Positions 61,122-64,000 of a DNA stretch of 64,000 bases are shown here, one piece after another. This DNA is from Candidatus Omnitrophota bacterium (lineage in GTDB: Bacteria; Omnitrophota; Gorgyraeia; JACQQV01), in NCBI GenBank assembly GCA_016206785.1, contig JACQQV010000031.1, forward strand, positions 35,860-99,859, read 5' to 3'. The position numbers and the translations under genes were made by a program. How positions within the stretch are numbered: position 1 is the stretch's first letter; each line of letters starts with the position of its first letter. The notes below the pieces were generated by a model, which was given only the letters and a program-made list of their open reading frames with translations, was not told the DNA's origin and searched no databases.

Positions 61122-62843
61122 ATGGATCCGAAACTTGAACGGTTAAGACATTCCGCCAGTCACGTGATGGCGCAGGCCATCAAAAGGCTTTGGCCTGAGA
61201 CGAGACTGGACGACGGCCCTGCGACAGAAGAGGGATTTTTCTACGACCTCGACTGCCCTGTAACGATTACCGAAGAACATTTTCCTCAGATTGAAGCGGA
61301 GATGGGGAAAATTATCAAGGAAAACCATTCCTTTACGCAATCGTTTATGTCGCGGAAAGAGGCGGCCGAGTTTTTCAAAAAGCGGGGGGAGATCTACAAA
61401 GAGGATCGGATTTTAAACCGCATTCAAGACGACCGAGTTTCCATTTTTACCGATGGGGATTTCATTGATCTGTGCCAAGGGCCCCATATTGCCAAAACAG
61501 GAGAGGTCGCTGCTTTCAAGCTATTGAGTGTGGCGGGGGCCTATTGGTACGGCAAGGAATCGAACAAGATGCTTCAGCGTATTTACGGAACCGCTTTTGC
61601 ATCACAAAAAGAACTGGATCAATTCCTCAAAATGAGAGAAGAAGCAAAAAAGCGTGATCACCGTAAACTCGGGCCGGCCCTCGGGTTTTTTACCATCGAG
61701 GAGGAAGCGGGGGCAGGACTTGTTTTCTATCATCCGAAGGGGGCACTCCTCCGGAAGATGATCGAAGATTATGTAAGGGAACAACACCTTGCCCGGGGCT
61801 ACCAATTTGTCGGCACACCCCATCTTTTGCGGAGTAACATTTGGAAACAGTCGGGGCACCTCGATTATTACAAAGAGCATATGTTTCTTTTTGAGGTCGA
61901 AGGGCAGTCCTTTGGAGTAAAACCGATGAACTGCCCGGGGCACGTTTTGATTTACAAGTCGCGTCTACGGAGTTACCGGGAACTCCCCATCCGCTTTTTT
62001 GAACTTGGCACCGTCTATCGCAATGAGCGGGTGGGGGTCTTACATGGGCTCCTTCGGGTTCGCGGGTTTACGCAGGACGATGCGCATATTTTTTGTGCGG
62101 AAGATCAGCTGGTCGGGGAAATCGAACAAGTCCTTTCATTTACCTTTCAAGTCATGAAAGATTTTGGATTCCGCGATTGGGATATTGAACTTTCCACCCG
62201 TCCTGAAAAATTCGTGGGGGAGATTCAAGATTGGGACAAGGCAGAATCTGCCTTGACCGAAGCGGCCCGAAAAAAATTTGGTGAGATGAAGATCGCCAAG
62301 GGGGGAGGCGCTTTTTATGGACCGAAGATTGATATTAAACTGAAAGATGTATTGGGACGACTCTGGCAGTGTGCGACCATCCAGTGCGACTTCGCTCTTC
62401 CGGTCCGTTTTAACCTTTCCTATGCAGGCTCGGACGGAAAGGGGCACCGCCCCATCATGATCCATCGCGCCATCCTTGGGAGTCTTGAGCGTTTCTTGGG
62501 CGTTTTGATCGAGCAGTATGCAGGGGCGTTTCCCCTTTGGCTTTCACCCGTACAGGTTGTGGTCATCCCCATTTCAGAGGACCAGATTCCTTATGCGAAG
62601 CAATTGACAGAAACCTTCAAGACGCATGGGATTCGTGTTGCGCTCGACGACCGGAATGCAAAAATGCAGTATCGGATTCGAGAGGCACAGACCGACCAGG
62701 TTCCTTATATGGTGGTTGTTGGAACAAAAGAGGCGCAGGAAGGAGTCCTCGCCGTACGCGAACGGAGGGCTGGCGATTTAGGGAAAATGACGCTTGAGGC
62801 GTTCATTCAGAAGTTGAGAAAAGAAGTTGAGGAGAAAACGTGA
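61122..62843 (+). CDS. thrS: Threonyl-tRNA synthetase (no N-terminal TGS domain)
   Basis: RHSASH, DLCQGPH, RDHRKLG, KPMNCP, FYGPKID, IHRA; alternative GTG start 61107. Confidence 0.96.
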   Translation: MDPKLERLRHSASHVMAQAIKRLWPETRLDDGPATEEGFFYDLDCPVTITEEHFPQIEAEMGKIIKENHSFTQSFMSRKEAAEFFKKRGEIYKEDRILNRIQDDRVSIFTDGDFIDLCQGPHIAKTGEVAAFKLLSVAGAYWYGKESNKMLQRIYGTAFASQKELDQFLKMREEAKKRDHRKLGPALGFFTIEEEAGAGLVFYHPKGALLRKMIEDYVREQHLARGYQFVGTPHLLRSNIWKQSGHLDYYKEHMFLFEVEGQSFGVKPMNCPGHVLIYKSRLRSYRELPIRFFELGTVYRNERVGVLHGLLRVRGFTQDDAHIFCAEDQLVGEIEQVLSFTFQVMKDFGFRDWDIELSTRPEKFVGEIQDWDKAESALTEAARKKFGEMKIAKGGGAFYGPKIDIKLKDVLGRLWQCATIQCDFALPVRFNLSYAGSDGKGHRPIMIHRAILGSLERFLGVLIEQYAGAFPLWLSPVQVVVIPISEDQIPYAKQLTETFKTHGIRVALDDRNAKMQYRIREAQTDQVPYMVVVGTKEAQEGVLAVRERRAGDLGKMTLEAFIQKLRKEVEEKT

Positions 62844-62863
62844 GAGAAAGGCGGTGATGTCCA

Positions 62864-63370
62864 ATTATTAAAAGAGTGAGGGTCAATGAGAAGATTCGAG
62901 TAGAGAAGGTGCGGTTGATTGGAGCCGCAGGGGAACAATTGGGTGTGGTCGATATGCAGGAAGCGCTCAAGCGCGCGGTGGAAAGCGGGTTGGACTTGGT
63001 CGAAGTGGCCCCGCAGGCAGCGCCCCCTGTTTGCCGCATCATGAATTTCAGCAAGTTTAAATATGATCAGGAAAAGAAGGAAAAGGAAGCCCGTAAAAGA
63101 CAGCGGGTGATCCATGTCAAAGAAATTCGGCTTAAGCCGAAAATCGGAGAGCACGATTATCAGGTCAAACTCCACCAGGCGCAGAAGTTTTTAACACGCG
63201 GGGATCGGATCAAGGTGAGCCTTGTCTTCCGCGGTCGGGAGATGGCTCATCAGGAATTGGGTCGTTTCGTACTCGATCGGTTTGCGAAGGAGATTTCCGA
63301 TATCGGTGAGATTGAAAAAGGGCCCTTCTCCGAGGGGCGCAATATTATTTTGATTGTTCGAGCGAAGTAA
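62864..63370 (+). CDS. infC: Translation initiation factor IF-3 (probable ATT start)
   Basis: RVNEKIR, LDLVEVAP, FRGRE; in-frame ATT ATT (62864/62867) 7 nt after an AAGGCGGTG RBS. Confidence 0.93.
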   Translation: MIKRVRVNEKIRVEKVRLIGAAGEQLGVVDMQEALKRAVESGLDLVEVAPQAAPPVCRIMNFSKFKYDQEKKEKEARKRQRVIHVKEIRLKPKIGEHDYQVKLHQAQKFLTRGDRIKVSLVFRGREMAHQELGRFVLDRFAKEISDIGEIEKGPFSEGRNIILIVRAK

Positions 63371-63382
63371 AAGGGGAAAGCG

Positions 63383-63586
63383 ATGCCGAAATTAAAAACG
63401 AGAAAAGCCGTTGCGAAACGGATTAGGATGACCAAGCGTGGAAAACTTAAAAGGTTCAGGGTCGGCACCAGCCACCTGTTGGGGCATAAATCCTCGAAGC
63501 GGAAAAGACAGCTTCGACGAAGCGCTTTTGTCTCAGCAGCGGACAGGAAGGTGATTATAAAACTCTTACCTTATGGGAGGGGATAA
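63383..63586 (+). CDS. rpmI: 50S ribosomal protein L35
   Basis: MPKLKTRKAVAKR...T..GK, H...KS.KRKR.L. Confidence 0.95.
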   Translation: MPKLKTRKAVAKRIRMTKRGKLKRFRVGTSHLLGHKSSKRKRQLRRSAFVSAADRKVIIKLLPYGRG

Positions 63587-63940
63587 ATGCCAAGGGCACG
63601 TCATGGAGTGACCGCTCACAAGAAGCGGCGCAAGTATCTTAAGCAAGCGGAAGGAACGTGGGGAGGCCGTCACCGTCTTTATACGGTAGCCCGCGACACC
63701 GTCAAACGGAGCATGGCCTACGCGACACGGGATCGCAAAACGCGCAAGCGCGATTTCCGGAGACTATGGGTTGTGCGGATCAATGCCGCCTGCCGCGCCG
63801 AAGGGCTCTCCTATTCCAATTTTATCAAAGGACTCAAAGAGGCGAAGGTGTCTTTGGACCGGAAGGTCCTCGCGGACATTGCGCTACATGACGCAGGGGC
63901 TTTTCAGGAATTGGTGAAAACTGCTAAAGCGAGTCTATGA
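63587..63940 (+). CDS. rplT: 50S ribosomal protein L20
   Basis: RDRK.RKRDFRRLW..RINAA, LDRKVLA. Confidence 0.96.
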   Translation: MPRARHGVTAHKKRRKYLKQAEGTWGGRHRLYTVARDTVKRSMAYATRDRKTRKRDFRRLWVVRINAACRAEGLSYSNFIKGLKEAKVSLDRKVLADIALHDAGAFQELVKTAKASL

Positions 63941-64000
63941 AAGAATCTCTTGAGGCATTGGAGCGATCTGCCTTCTCAGCCATTGAAGAGGCGACGACCC
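63937..64000 (+). CDS. Start of next gene, probably phenylalanyl-tRNA synthetase alpha (truncated)
   Basis: ATGA overlap with rplT, MKESLEALERSAFSAIEEA; identity rests on conserved gene order only. Confidence 0.5.
   Translation, partial: MKESLEALERSAFSAIEEATT

Overview
Bacterial chromosomal window spanning the replication origin: genes run on the minus strand left of about 49.3 kb and on the plus strand to the right. Most of 24.4-64 kb is housekeeping (PyrR-attenuated pyr operon, glmS, gyrAB, dnaAN, rpmH-yidC-mnmG-parAB with two parS sites, pckG, gmk, rpoZ, split coaC/coaB, thrS-infC-rpmI-rplT, 6 tRNAs). The exceptional part is 1.3-24.35 kb, a two-gene operon. A consensus sigma70 promoter is followed by a GEMM-I cyclic-dinucleotide riboswitch (A20 variant, c-AMP-GMP-type, overlapping an intrinsic terminator, so probably an ON switch). 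It drives a ~1471-aa signal-peptide GlmS-like protein and a 6085-aa signal-peptide protein. The latter is a string of normally cytoplasmic enzymes: PEP synthase, Thr/Ser dehydratase, acyl-CoA ligase + Phe ammonia-lyase, cupin, hydroxypyruvate reductase + glycerate kinase, GTP-PEPCK, plus unknown modules. Module borders are marked by a recurring (A/small)-x-D-G-G motif, and both proteins share an N-terminal SHLRT...DG..QL..EL.G segment and a C-terminal (K/R)GL. My inference is an exported, probably processed metabolic-enzyme polyprotein effector system. An Omnitrophota-like host-dependent/predatory bacterium is a plausible but unverified source. All family calls are from motif recognition by eye; no database searches were run.
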